A stretch of 64,000 nt of DNA, taken from NCBI RefSeq assembly GCF_006345805.1, contig NC_043017.1, positions 26,722,001 through 26,786,000 of the forward strand, in the 5' to 3' direction. Source of the DNA: Octopus sinensis (taxonomy: Eukaryota). The notes under the pieces were generated by a model that was not told where the DNA came from, did no database searches, and was given only the letters and a program-made list of their open reading frames with translations. Shown piece by piece: positions 26,328-40,900 of the stretch. A program made the translations under genes and the position numbers. Positions within the stretch are counted from its first letter, which is position 1; every line of letters begins with the position of its first letter.

Positions 26328-26478
26328 CACGTGGCTCTGTGGTAAGACGTTAGCGAAGTTTGTTTACTAGGTTCAGTGTCATGGTGCGGCACTTTGGACA
26401 AATGTCTTCGAATACAGACCGTGATCATCCAAATTTGTGAATGAATTGGTAGACGATTACTGAAAGGGGTTCGTCGCT
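26328..26478 (+). mobile_element. SINE family 1, old 5' fragment
   Basis: gtggctctgtggtaag..gcactttggacaaatgtc..ggtagacg..ctgaaagg..cgtcg. Confidence 0.65.
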
Positions 26479-26502
26479 ATAAATAAAAAATGTAAATATA
26501 TA

Positions 26503-27007
26503 GGCGCAGGAGTGGCTGTGTGGTAAGTAGCGTCCTACCAACCACATGGTTCTGGGTTCAGTCCCACTGCGTGGCACCTTGGGCAAGTGTCTTTTACTAT
26601 AGCCTCGGGCCGATCAATGCCTGGTGAGTGGATTTGGTAGATGGAAACTGAAAGACCTCTTCTTATATATGTATGTATGTATATATGTATGTATATATGT
26701 ACGTATGTATGTATGTATGTATGTATGTATGTATGTATATATATATATATTATATATATATATATATAATATATATATTATATATATATATAATATATAT
26801 ATATGTGTTTTTGTGTGTGTTTGTATTTGTGATCTGTTTGTGAACAGATGCTGGTGTGTTTACGACTCAGTAAATTAACAGTTCAGCAAAAGAAACCGAT
26901 AGAATAAGTACTAGGCTTACAAAGAATACATCCTGTGGTTGATTTGCTCAAATAAAGACCGTACTCCAGCATGGCCGCAGTTAGATGACTGAAACAAGTA
27001 AAAGAGT
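26503..27007 (+). mobile_element. SINE family 1, full length
   Basis: Runs from the ggcgcaggagtggctg head to the gactgaaacaagtaaaagag tail. Confidence 0.9.
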
Positions 27008-27487
27008 ATATCGTTATGATAAACATCATATATATATATATATATGTGGGTGTGTTGGGGTAGGTGTATATATGTACATATTTGTGTGTGTGTGTCTTGT
27101 ATTTGTGTTCGTTCCACACCACCGCTCGACTACCGAAGTTGGTTTGTTTACGCCCCTGTTAATTGACCGCTCGGCAAATGTCGCCAATAGGAAAATATAT
27201 TTTGATCGATTTTTTTTCGATTAAATCCATCCATGCGATGCCCCATAATGCCTGCATTCCAATAGCTGAAACAATCAAAATATAAAGCATAATATACATA
27301 AGTTAAGGATGAATCAGATTATAATAGAATTGAAATATGATACTTATTTACTGCGATACACTCGGATTAAAAAGGTACGCATCTAGGCATCGATCCAAAA
27401 GTTTATTGTAAAATTTCTAGTACAACTTAAAAAAAACAAGCAATAATAAATACATCTGTTCATCTGCGTGCGTGTGTATATATATAT

Positions 27488-27531
<44 letters not shown>

Positions 27532-27546
27532 CACACATCTATATAT

Positions 27547-27577
<31 letters not shown>

Positions 27578-27585
27578 TATATATA

Positions 27586-27753
27586 TTTTCTCTCCTTGCT
27601 TCTCTCCTTGTTTTCTTCTGTGTATCTTTCTGTCGAAGAGCGTAGGCTCGAAACGTAAAAGACTTTTTCTATTCCTGAGCGCTATACTAATGCATTTGTT
27701 TATTTGTACTCCACTTGCCTTCGTCTTTAGTTTATTTTCGTAAAGTTTCCCTT
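27586..27753 (+). mobile_element. Family F short element between (TA)n tracts
   Basis: A second copy lies at 23311-23470. Contains a hammerhead-like fold. Confidence 0.75.
27625..27662 (+). ncRNA. Minimal hammerhead-like motif with a variant core (CUGUCGA)
   Basis: TCTTT-CTGTCGA-A-GAGC-gtag-GCTC-GAAA-CGT-A-AAAGA. Stem I 5 bp, stem II 4 bp, palindromic ACGT stem III, GUA triplet. A6 is U. Confidence 0.5.
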
Positions 27754-28700
27754 TATATGTATATATATATTTATATATATATACAATGTGAATATAGGTT
27801 TATTTGTGTACGTGTCTGCGTATGTCTGCACACTTATATATGTGTCTATGTTAGTATGTATATATGAGAATAATTTACTTTATTTCCCCATTACAGAGAG
27901 ACATTGTCTCCGAGGAAACTGCCGTGCAGAACAACTTGGAATTTGCTATCCGGGAAGAATATAAACGGTGAAGTTGTGGAATATTACGTCTCGAATAATA
28001 TTTAGAAATTTCCGCGCCGACGATGAGGATGTGGATAAGACGCCGATGTTGGTGTTGAGGATAGCGATGACGATGACGACGTCGACAAAGACGTCCATAT
28101 CAACGATGTTAATGATGATAATGATGACAGCACGAATAATGAATAAAGAAGAAGGACGTATTATTGATTCTCACAGATTTACGACAAGTAACAACTTCAT
28201 CAACGATTCGACAGAAAGAATCAATAAACGACACTGTATACACAACGAAAATACGCGAAAATAACAAAAATAACAACCCCCCAAAAGACAAAGAAAATAA
28301 CGACCGAAGATCAAAAATAACAATAGCAAGAATAAAGCAGAATTTGCATTTAAGAAACAAAAATTTGATAAATAAAACAAAAGAAATAGAAAATAAATAG
28401 CGGTGCATATTAGTGTCATACATGTGATAGCTGCTTAAGCATGATAGTACGTATTATGATAAATAACGACAAAAAAAAAATAGAAGAATTCAAGGAATGC
28501 AAACAAGTTAAAACTGTAGAGATCATAACACAAAGTTTTGTAATGAGGAAAGGAATATTATATTTACACTAACTTAATCTGCTTATTAAAGATTAGATAT
28601 GATCTGTCAAAATCATAACAGAGTTGAAGAGCAAAAAACTTACCTATGCATGAATATAATATATAAATAATATATATATATATATACATTAATATATATG

Positions 28701-28742
<42 letters not shown>

Positions 28743-29094
28743 AGATATATATATATATATATATATATATATGGTATATATGTATTTATGTATAATAACT
28801 CAAGATTAATCAGCCGAATGCTAAGATTACTGGTTCTTGACTGATGACTGAGGGCTTCGAATGTCCGTCCTGTGGTTCTTGTGTCGTCTCTGTGGTGTTT
28901 CATGTTCTTGTCCATGTCGTAATGATTTTTACTGTTTACCTATATATATATATATATATATATACATATACGTTTAAATATTTGTTGTGCAAGATTTTTT
29001 ATGTGAAATCGTGTGTTGAAACAGATATAGTTATATTTCGGAATGGTCATTTTGCCAGTTTAGCCAATATGTATATATATAATTTTATTATTTG

Positions 29095-29450
29095 TTAATT
29101 TACTTGTTTCGTTTATTTGACTGCGGCCATAATGGGGCAACGGCTTTAGTCAAACAAATGGACACCAGAACTTTGAAAGCCTAATACTCGTTCCGTCGTT
29201 CTCTAGTGCTAAACTACTATGATATGGGACCTAAACACAGAAATATCACTAGTAGGGTGGGGACAGATATAGACACACAAATACATATTTATATATCTAT
29301 CTATCTATATGCGACAGACAACTTTCAGTTTCTGCCTAATAAATCTAGTCACAAGACTTTGTTCGGCTCGAGGCTGTAGTAGAAGACACTTGCCCAATAA
29401 TACGCGTAGTGTAACTGTAATCGGAAGCAAGCTTCTCACCGCGCAGCCAC
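29095..29450 (-). mobile_element. SINE family 1, diverged
   Basis: Contains atttgactgcggccat and gtagtagaagacacttgccca. Confidence 0.75.
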
Positions 29451-29487
29451 ACACATTCACATCTATTTACATATATATATGTAAGAG

Positions 29488-30097
29488 CGTCGCCTAAACT
29501 TCTTTCACCTGCGCTGCCTCCGGAAAATCCTCTGCATCAAATGTCAGAATCATATCCCAAACAAAGATGTCCTCAAGCAAGCAGGAATACCAAGCATGTT
29601 TGCACTCCTAACACAAAGACATATGAGATGGCTTGGGCATGTTAGCCGTATGAAAGATGGCAGAATCCCCAAGGACATACTCTACGGAGAGCTTGCTAGG
29701 GGTACTAGGTCTGTGGGTAGACCGTTCTTACGTTACAAGGATGTTTGCAAAAGGGACATGAAGGCCTGCAACATCAATATTAGCAGTTGGGAAACAATAG
29801 CCAGCAACCGTGGAGGTTGGCGACGTAACGTAAAAGAGGGAAAACAAAGGAGTGACAGAGAGAGAGGGGAGAAACGGAAAGACAAGAAAATACGTCAACA
29901 AGAAACTATGACATTACAACCAGACAGGAACAGTCTTCGCTACATTTGCGGCACCTGCCAGTGGGAGTGTTTGTCCAGGATAGGACTACACAGCCACAGC
30001 AGGAAATGTATCAGGACATGAAATGTAAAAGCCGGACTAGACTATTTTATGTGCAACTCCATTGTCTCCCGAGACAAAAAGGATGCCAACCAACCAA
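29488..30097 (+). mobile_element. RTE-clade LINE 3' end (post-RT region, C-terminal zinc finger and 3' UTR)
   Basis: RWLGHVSRMKDGRIPKDILYGEL..RSVGRPFLRYKD.. and CGTCQWECLSRIGLHSH; tail ccattgtctcccgagac..ggatgccaaccaacc. Confidence 0.92.
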
Positions 30098-30615
30098 TAT
30101 ATATATATATATATATTATATGCAGATAGATAGATAGAGATAGATGGATAGATAGATAGAGAGAGAAAGTGGGAGATAACAACTACAGAGATTGTTTTTT
30201 TGATATTACAATTAGCCATAAACCATCATTCGTTGCTCAAAATTTGAAATGGTCGAAATGTGTTCCTGCAGCACAGCATATGTGGCGTTACGTATGGAAT
30301 CTAATGTAGTCTGTCGTATTCATCCTGTCCGTCTCTTTCCACAAGCTTGATTTGAAGCAAACTGACTTCCTTTATTTATGACTACATAATTTCCTTAACT
30401 CCAAGTCACCCATCAGGTTAATTACAACAGTATTGCTTATACTAAGCAATGAAACCTGAATACACCAGACAGCTGCTGCAGTACCTGCCTGGATAATTCA
30501 TTCCATTCAATTCACGTTATATATGTATATATATATATATATATGTGGTGTGTGTGTGTGTGTGTGTGTGTGTGGTGTGGTGTGTGTGTGTGGTGTTTGT
30601 GGTGTGTGTGTATAC

Positions 30616-30646
<31 letters not shown>

Positions 30647-31070
30647 TATATTATATAAAATCTGTCTGTGTGTGTGTGTGTCTTCTAGGATCTCGGGCAT
30701 TCTCCATCTGATTGTTCGTTAAAAGTTGATATGTAGATACCGACAGTATCAGGGCGTGTATAAGTCTTGAAACAATTACAAAAATCGATTCTAGGTGAGA
30801 ATGCGATCGATAAAGCCGTGGGAACGTGCATTTGTACGCGCAAGTACATGAATTGCTGCGATGTACGTACTAGTACCTTAAACTCTTCGGTTGCATATTT
30901 TTATTTCTTCTTTTGCTGGCGTCTCAAATTTAGGTTAAATCACTTTTTCTCAAAGAGGAGACCTATGGGACGGTCGGAAAAGTTGTTTTGAGAATATTTG
31001 GTTTAAATGTTTGACAACTCACCGTCCATAGGACGATGGGCGTTTTGCTCGTATATATGCATATATTATA

Positions 31071-31120
<50 letters not shown>

Positions 31121-32665
31121 ATATATACATCCATTACAAGTGTGCACGTAAGTGCAAAACAAGGTGGAGTCGGGTCTCGCATAACAAAGGTAGAACTTTT
31201 ACGTTCCCGTTTGATGAACAGGTTTGTGAATCTTTGATTAACAGTTATGTATATGCTGTGTGTGTCCGTTTGTGTGTATGTATGTGTGTGTCAGTACGTG
31301 TGTGTGTAATTGTGTGTGTGTGTGTATGTGCATGCGTTGTTAACTGACAAGTGCACGATAGGTAACAAAAATAGTATTTTAGGTTCCTGTAGCCAAAATA
31401 CTTTGAACGTCTCCTGAGACAAGGCCATGCACTTTTCTTTACAACAAAATTATATTCACGGTTACTCTATCCAGCATTTTCAATTACCTTCTCAAGATGT
31501 TAGGGTAGAATTTAAAAATTATTTTCTTCGCAATATTAGTAGGTCGTGCGACCGCGTTTGGAGGGAAGCCAGGATAGCAAGAAACGTCTTAGGATGTTTT
31601 TAATTTTATCTTCTCCTACTAAATCTACTGTGTCATTTTAATCAGGATTGACATGGTCAAAACTAAGTCCAAATATAGCAACAATACGTTACACTCAAGC
31701 AACAAAGATATATTAATGAAATTACCAGTTAAATGCTTTCAGTTTAGAATCATTACCGTAATGATTTTGAATAATGGCATTAGTGTATTTCCTACATTAT
31801 TATACCATTATGATTTAATTCTATGCTAGACTTATTAACCATTGTTATCAAAATGTTCCAACGCGATTCATCGGTCTGGTGAGCACGCTTCAGTTATGTC
31901 CATTCCTAAAACATTTGCTGTAATTAATTGCGTAACAAAACAGACGTTTAAATATATTGGCAGCGAATTATATTTTCATAGGAAACATTTGTGAACGTCA
32001 GCGTGGCAATATATTAAGCAATCTAGCAACCCATGAAGATATTTTGTAATATATTTGAGCCAAAAAGGTCTCTGAGTGTACAACTGAAAACACTATGTTT
32101 CGATTGTCCAATCCTGCCAAATATTTTGGTCCTTTGATCAACAAAAGCAACGAAATCTTTCTCTTCTTTTTGATTTCACACGTACATGAACATATACATA
32201 CGTATATAGAAATATATGAATATACGCACACACACTTATATTCATACACATGAATATTCGTATAAAGATATATATTTTAAAACGTGTGAACGTAAGTATG
32301 TATATTAACATATATGTGGTTGTATGTATATGTGTGTAAGTTTGTGTGTGTTTGTGTGTGTGTATATATATTTCTTTATACACACATGGTTATAGATATT
32401 GACAGAATTTAGAAGAAAGCCAAGAGATGCATCGTAAAACATTAAGTTGTTTACTTCTTGGCTTGTATTTATTGTAGCCTTGGTTATCTCCCATGTACTT
32501 TTATTATTACCTTCTTCCTGATGAGCGGTCTCAGTTCAAAGGCCATTTGCTTTGAAAACAACATAAAAGCGAACTTCTCCTCAGCTTGAAAAATTGTGAA
32601 ATAGATTAATATTTCAGTCAGGTAAACCTGGGTAGCCATATTCCATTGCTTTTGAATGAAACTTC

Positions 32666-33061
32666 GGCAGGAGTGGCTGTGTGGTAAGTAGCTTGCTTAC
32701 CAACCACATGTTTCCGGGTTCAGACCCACTGCATGGCATCTTGGGCAAGTGTCTTCTGCTATAGCCTCGGGCCGACCAATGCCTTGTGAGTGGATTTGGA
32801 AAACGGAAACTGAAAGAAGCCTGTCGTATATATGTATATATATGCGTGTGTGTGTATGTTTGTGTGTCTGTGTTTGTCCCCCTAGGTTTGCTTGACAACC
32901 GAATCTGGTGTGTTTACGTCCCTGTCACTTAGCGGTTCGGCAAAAGAGACCGATAGAATAAGTACTGGGCTTACAAAGAATAAGTCCCTGGGTTGATTTG
33001 CTCGACTAAAGGCGATGCCGCAGCATGGCCGCAGTCAAATGACTGAAACAAGTAAAAGAGT
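32666..33061 (+). mobile_element. SINE family 1, near full length
   Basis: Head-to-tail match to the other copies. Confidence 0.9.
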
Positions 33062-33744
33062 AGAAGAGAGAGTAATATGTATGTATGTATGTATGTATGT
33101 ATAACGAACTTCGAGTAAAATATCATCGCTCAGTACTGCATTTACATTCATCCCAGAGTTTCTAAGTAATTACGAGAAACTCCAGATTAATTTCAAGAAT
33201 GGCGAAGAAAAGTGTTATATTGCAATACTACACATGTGCTGTGGGAGCATCTCATCCCCGTAGCCACTGCTATGTCGCACGTCCGGATGCCTTCTACTCA
33301 ACTCTCACCGAAACTCTGCTCTTCTCGACCACTCTCACCTCGACTCTCTCTTGACGTCTAGGCGTCTCCCTCTATACCTACGTATTGGGATAGCCTACTT
33401 CATCGTCTGCGGGCGTCCACACAACAAAAAAGATTATTGAGTCAGAAGGATTGCGAGATGACAGGAAATTTCTATTTCCTTCGACCGGAGTTTTTTTGTT
33501 TCTTTGAAGAAACTGGCAAATTTCTTACTGTAAAGTTTGAAAAAACTTACGTCATGCAAGATGGAATTCTCTTAGCTGCTTTCCGCTATACGAGGACAGC
33601 CATTGCTAGAAAGAATAAGTTAAATGGGTCTGTGATGATGCAACCTGAAGCCCTTGTAGGTCTCTTCACCCCGGGGGAAAAATTTGTACATTCTATTGCA
33701 TAATGCCAACTGTGCTCGCCGGCACAAGGAACAAGTGTCAAAGA

Positions 33745-34080
33745 ATGAACTCTATTGACTTGCTACGTCAATCTTCCAACTGAAAGAAACAACTTTCCAC
33801 ACACTGCACATTTTCTGTTGTGAACAACAGCCATATCACAATTTACAATGCGTTGATTCCTATGAGTTCTGAAATGGATGAACAGGCCTCCGAGACTCAG
33901 TTATTTTCTCCCACAAATAACAAACATAAATATCAACACGCCCTCATTTCCAACAAGTGCAATCTGTCTAACGCCTCCCTTAATTTTCGCCAGCTTCCTT
34001 CTCGCTGTTTTCAAATTGTGAACAACTGTGTACTATTGTCTTCCATTCATTTTGATCTTGGTCTTATGCGTACCTCACCT
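33745..34080 (-). pseudogene. Decayed pair of C2H2 zinc-finger-like motifs (RTE C-terminus or ZNF relic)
   Basis: Minus frame: ICGRK*LSLGGLFIHFRTH...KCAVCGKLFLSVGRLT*QVNRVH, with in-frame stops. Confidence 0.45.
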
Positions 34081-34312
34081 AATCAACAACCAAAACTCCT
34101 ACCTGATATTATATTATAATATATATATATATAAATATATACATACTTATATTTTTACATATATATATATATATCTATATATATTGTTGTATTTTATATA
34201 TAATATATATATATATACACGTGTGTAAGTATATATAGTTTGATATGCATAATATGTATATATCTATATATGTATCATATATATCATATATATATATAAT
34301 ATATATATCATG

Positions 34313-34351
<39 letters not shown>

Positions 34352-34712
34352 TTGCATGTATGTATTCATATTGTCTGTATATGAAATATATTTATTAGCA
34401 GAATATATACTATCTTTTATAAATGCACAATATAATAAAGGGAAATGTGAATTGCAAAAAGCCTGAGAATATGCTTAGAAATTAACATTTACCTGTAAGT
34501 GTTATCTGCCTATATTACCTGAAGCCGTACATTTCACCAATATGCATGAGGTGAATTTAAATGGTACGTTTAAAAGCGTAAAAAATTACGATAATTCCTA
34601 AAAATCTACAGTCACATACACAAAATAAACCTTCACGTATGAATACACATACATGTATTATCATATACATATATACCTACATACATAATACATGCATGCA
34701 TACATACATACA

Positions 34713-34744
<32 letters not shown>

Positions 34745-34780
34745 CTACATACATACACATACATACATACCTCATACATA

Positions 34781-35190
34781 GGCGCAGGAGTGACTGTGTG
34801 TAGTAGCTTTTTCCAACCACATGGTTCCGGGTTCAGTCCCACTGCGTGGCAATTTGGGCAAGTGTCTTCTACTATAGCCTCGGGTCGACCAAAGCCTTGT
34901 GAATGGATTTGGTAGACGGAAACTGAAAGAAGCCCGTTGTATATATGTATATATATATGTATGTGTGTGTTTGTGTGTCTGTGTTTGTTCCCCTAGCATT
35001 GCTTGACAACCGATGCTGGTGTATTTATGTCCCCGTTGCTTAGAGGTTCGGCAAAAGAGAGACCAATAGAATAAGTACTGGGCTTACAAAGAATAAGTCC
35101 CAGGGTCGAGTTGCTCGTTTAAAGGCGGTGCTCCAGCATGGCCGCAGTCAAATGACTGAAACAAGTAAAAGGGTAAAAGAGTAAAGAGTA
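34781..35190 (+). mobile_element. SINE family 1, full length
   Basis: Head-to-tail match. Confidence 0.9.
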
Positions 35191-35711
35191 TACGTACATA
35201 CATACATACATGTAACTATACATATATTTGTGAGGAAGAAGAATCTGTATGTGAGCCATTTATACCAATTACTTCCAAAACACATTTTTATGGCGCTATT
35301 TTAATTTATTTCATTGTAAATAAGCACAGATATTTTTTTCTCAACACATATTACCCCCACTACACTCTTTCGTCCAGCAATAATAAGTCGTCCCAGAATA
35401 TTTGGCATTTCAAATTGACTTCTCTATCCGTGGAGCCAAAAGAAAGAAAACTACAGAAGTTGTTCTTCTACATAGCATTCATTCATTTAATTCACCACAA
35501 TCATTTCAAATCGGTTTTGCATATTTTTTCACTTCTTCCCTTCATGGACTTCAAATTAGTCTTTCTTTTACATCAGTCCACATAACATTGGTCTGTTGTC
35601 ATTTGCAACGCCAGTATTACACGTTTAAATCCTATTAGGTCTATCTTTAAACCCACAATATACATCCATTACCTCAAGCAATCTATTTGGCAATCTTCCT
35701 CCCACACATAT

Positions 35712-36115
35712 TCTTTTACTCTTTTAGTCTTTTACTTGTTTCAGTCATTTGACTGCGGCCATGCTGGAGCACCGCCTTTAGTCGAGCACATCGACCCCGG
35801 GACTTATTCTTTGTAAGCCCAGTACTTATTCTATCGGTCACTCATTGCCGAACCGCTAAGTTACGGGGACGTAAACACACCAGCATCGGTTGTCAAGCAA
35901 TGCTAGGGGGACAAACACACACACACACACATACATATATATATGCATATATACGATATGCTTCTTTCAGTTTCCGTCTACCAAATCCACTCACAAGACA
36001 TTGGTCGGCCCGTGCTACAGCAGAATACACTTGCCCAAGATGCCACGCAGTGGGACTGAACCCGGAACCATGTGGTTCGTAAGCAAGCTACTTACCACAC
36101 AGCCACTCCTGCGCC
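35712..36115 (-). mobile_element. SINE family 1, full length
   Basis: Reverse-complement head-to-tail match. Confidence 0.9.
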
Positions 36116-37040
36116 TATATATATGTTTTTTTTTATCTCTTTCCTTCGCGTACCCATTCGTCTTGTTTGTGCCGTAACAAACCAAAGTTAAGCCGTGTGC
36201 TGAGATGAAAAGTATCCGAAGTAATGAAGCCAAAATTGCAAAAACGAAAAAACGAGTCAAGTGATTATTTTTTTTTTTTTTCAAATATGATTCTTCCTTG
36301 TATCAGAGCCTGGATGATTGTTTATTGAGATATGGCTTAGTGCCATAAGTGTTCCCTTCAAGTCCATGGGCATCTGACAACCATTCGCATCATGCAGCTC
36401 TCTCGGGTGTTGGCCTTATCCTTTTATTTGTTTTCGCCTTTTTTTTTCTCAAAATGTGTCTACCTCTGCCTCTCACACCCACCTTCTCTCTCTGTCTGTC
36501 TGTCTGTCTCTCTCTGTGTCTCTGTCTCTCTCTGTCTGTCTGTCTGTCTCTCTCTCCCTCTCTCTCTCTCTGTCTCTCCTCTCTCTATATATGATATATA
36601 TATTATATATATATACCCTCTTATATTCATCCTCAGGAAGTAACTGTATCCAACATTGTAACGACCCTCCTTACATTGTACCCGCTACCTCAATTTTAGT
36701 TCATCAGCAAATCTACCCTGAGCATGATTATGCCATAAGCGAGTCTAGTATAGTATGTATAAGTAATTATAATTTGCAAGAACAAGACGCTTAATATTTC
36801 ATCCAATTTGAAATGTCAAAATCAGACCATCGATTCAAAATATTCAAGCAAGGAACCATGTATATCATGTCTTTGAGGGATAATTACTACCTGAGTCATT
36901 CGTTTTCTACAACGCGCTCTATGTTAATTCTCCTTGTTCTGTGTTAACCCATGTTGTCCATGCAATTAACTCCTTAAGTCTCCTGCTTTGTATTTACACT
37001 GCTCTTTTTTTGTGGGAGATAAACTTAGTTACATTAGCCA

Positions 37041-37140
37041 NNNNNNNNNNNNNNNNNNNNNNNNNNNNNNNNNNNNNNNNNNNNNNNNNNNNNNNNNNNN
37101 NNNNNNNNNNNNNNNNNNNNNNNNNNNNNNNNNNNNNNNN
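37041..37140. other. Assembly gap (100 N)
   Basis: Run of N. Confidence 1.
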
Positions 37141-38873
37141 TGATGACATACCAGTTCATAAGGAAGACAAAACGTAAGTTTCCGCTTTGACAGCTAATCT
37201 CAGAGTATCAGCCATGAAGGTGTATTAAATGATATTGTCAAAGATTACTGACCTTATTATCTTATGGAAATGTGGTTAATGTTAGCGCTATATCTAGCCA
37301 TATGTGCTTTTCATGGATGGCTATTAAATACCAAATAACATTAAAGTGCACAGCCATAATATGTGTTCGTTGCTTGTACTTTTAGAGTATACCGATAGGA
37401 CGATTTGGGAACGGTTAGCGGTTAATGGCAGAATGACATGTCGGTCTATAATTGATAGAATATCTAGGATATTCATTCATCTAAATTTGTAGATATGTCA
37501 TTACAAAGTTATTGCATGATTGTGTGTTCGCTTGTGTATAGCTGGGATAACAATTAGCAATCAGGATTAAAGCATGCATCAACTTTCGGAAATTACTACT
37601 GACCAGGTTGACATATTATTTGCAGGAATATTTCCTTCTATGGAACAGCATTCTTGAATAATTACATAATTAAAAATTCATAATTGATATCATAGGCAAT
37701 GCTAGGAATTTCAAAATGGAATGCACTAAAACAATCAGATGTCATCCTAAAGAACACGTGCATCAGAATCAATGTCCACTGCAGACCAAGGAATTTATAG
37801 AAAATACATTATTTACTGCTCTCAAAATCACACAAACATAAACAACGTCTATTTTAGCACAAGAATATGTTAGACAGCTTAATGTTCTGAACAAAAAAAT
37901 GAAATCGCCAAACAATAAAATGGAAACCGTATTCGTATATAACATCCAAAAGCAATATGCTGTTACGAAAGAGAATTTGACAAAGCAATAATCGAGAAAT
38001 TTGAAGGACACAAAGTGCTGAAGGTACTACCTAAAGTAATATTACAGTAGAAAGGAAACAGTAATATGGCATCTTTCATTAAAGCATTCTACCATTGCGG
38101 TAGAACACAGCCTTGGATTAAAAATGGACGCGAAATCAAAGAGCAAATGATAACCTTAAGAAAAAAATTAAATCATCGATTTTTCCTTCAAATCCCAGCA
38201 TAGTTGAAAAGTGACATCCCCTGAACTCAAAGCACATCTTATAAATATATGGAAACACACGTCCCATTGTAGAAAATGCAATTCGGTTGTTTGTCAAATG
38301 AGTTAATTTGTGAAATCAAAAGTAGTGGATGTAAGGAATAAATTGAATTATGAAGAATGGATTGAATTTACATTGAAACACTATTGATAGCCAGCAAATC
38401 AATGCACCCTTCTTTTATATATTGTACAATGAGAACATTGAAATAGTTATAGAGTGTCATCATGAAGTTGTGAAGCCGATGAAATGAATGTAATTATTTC
38501 TGCAAATATTGTCCAGGTGCATATTCAAATATATATTTATATCCATAAATATGCATTTACCAAATCCCATACGCACACAATCACACATACATACAGACAC
38601 ACGCGAATATGGATTTGGGTGAACGTCTATGTCCTCCCTTTATGATATACCGTTATAAGTGTTTGAGACAGAATTTTACGTTCGTTTGGGATCTACATTG
38701 ATATACTGGGGTTCTTCGGTTTCGACATATGGTTTAGTAGAAGACCAAAAATATTATAGATCCTGAGTATAAATAGAGAATGTATTCAAGAACTCTGAGA
38801 ATAATGGTCACATTTTACCATCTCTGCTAAAAATGAATAGGTGTGAAATAATAAAATACATCGAAAGATTGCA

Positions 38874-39215
38874 GGCGCAAGCGTGGCAGTGTAGTAAGAA
38901 GCTTACTTCCCAAACAGATGCTGCGGGGTTTCGTCCATTGCGTAGCACATTGGGGAAGTGTCTTCTTTTAGATACTTGTGGTAGCCTTATGAGAGGATTT
39001 AGCAGAGGGAAATTGAAAGAATCTTGTCGTATATGTGTATAAATATGCGTTTGTGTTTTGTATCTTTGTCACCTATCAGCGCGTGACAACCGATGAAGGT
39101 GTGTTTACGTACCTCTAAAGGCATAGGCAGAATACGTACCAGGCTTCAAATGCGTATGTACAGTGGTCGATTCATGTGACTGAGAATTAATCAATGTGGT
39201 GCCCCGACACTGTAC
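38874..39215 (+). mobile_element. SINE family 1, old diverged copy
   Basis: ggcgcaagcgtggcagtgtagtaag..ggggaagtgtcttct..gacaaccgatgaaggtgtgtttacgt. Confidence 0.7.
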
Positions 39216-40229
39216 TGATGTTTTGCTCCCAACTCAAAGAATGTCACATACAAATACATTGACAATTACAGTCAAACTTCATTCACACATGCAACAAAGG
39301 TTGACGTATTAAAACACCAAACGTACCAGATTGAGAGAGCATGTGGAAAAATAGTCATTGACACGAAGTAGAATTCTATAGAGAAATATAAAATATAAAA
39401 GACGAGGCAAAGAAAAAAAGGTAGAAAGAATTACAAAAATAAAATTAATAACGTCGATGTGGCTCAAAAACCCTCACCAACAGAATGTCAACAAATTAAA
39501 TGCTATAAGGAGACGATTATAAACCAGTGACCGGATTTAAGTTATTAATTCAATTTCAGTGTTAATCTTGACTGTTGAAAGTTTCATATTGCTATATACT
39601 TGTAGCTTAGAAATATCATTACAGAATACCAGCAAATTTATTTCAAAGCCATTCATTTTTAGGTGCTGCCTGATGCGTGCATCTACAACAGTAATTGTTT
39701 CAGAGCATGCTTGCAGTAATCGTATATATTAAACGAGTTTCTGTAGTTATATATGCATAATGCAATGTACTTGGAAGGTGTGTAGGCATTCAATTTGTCC
39801 AACTCTTGGGTGAAAGATCTTTGTTGTCATTTAGTTCCCTTATAGTTACTTACCTGTCATTTCATGCACACGAATTCTGGGTAATGCAGTATAAAATACA
39901 TATTCTATTGTTCCTGTAGCACTCCCAGATCAAAACATTAGGAAAGGAATTTAGTGAGAAAGCTTTTACATTAAACACAATCTAACACTTTTATTCTGGT
40001 TTCCACTTTATCCCTTCGTTCTTCCTTCCTTTCCAAAGAACTTTCTTAGACTCAGTGCATGCATTTCTTTGTATATATGTGGTGTGTGTGTATATGTTCG
40101 TGAGTGAGTGTGAGTATGTATATATAGTTTTATCTCTTTTAGATTTCAGCGTCACTGCATATCTGTGTTTGTGAGAGAATACATACACACACAGACGGAT
40201 ACACACGCACTTACTTACACAAATGCTCA

Positions 40230-40900
<671 letters not shown>

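Noticed and set aside
28841-28872. CTGATGA...GAAT-GTC motif
   Set aside because: The GAAA box is broken and stems I and II do not pair; at best a decayed relic.
32518-32580. CTGATGAGCGG hammerhead-like start
   Set aside because: No stem II partner directly before a GAAA.
37720-38200. Stop-poor stretch that may be decayed coding sequence
   Set aside because: It needs a frameshift and read-through of stops, and no motif was recognised.
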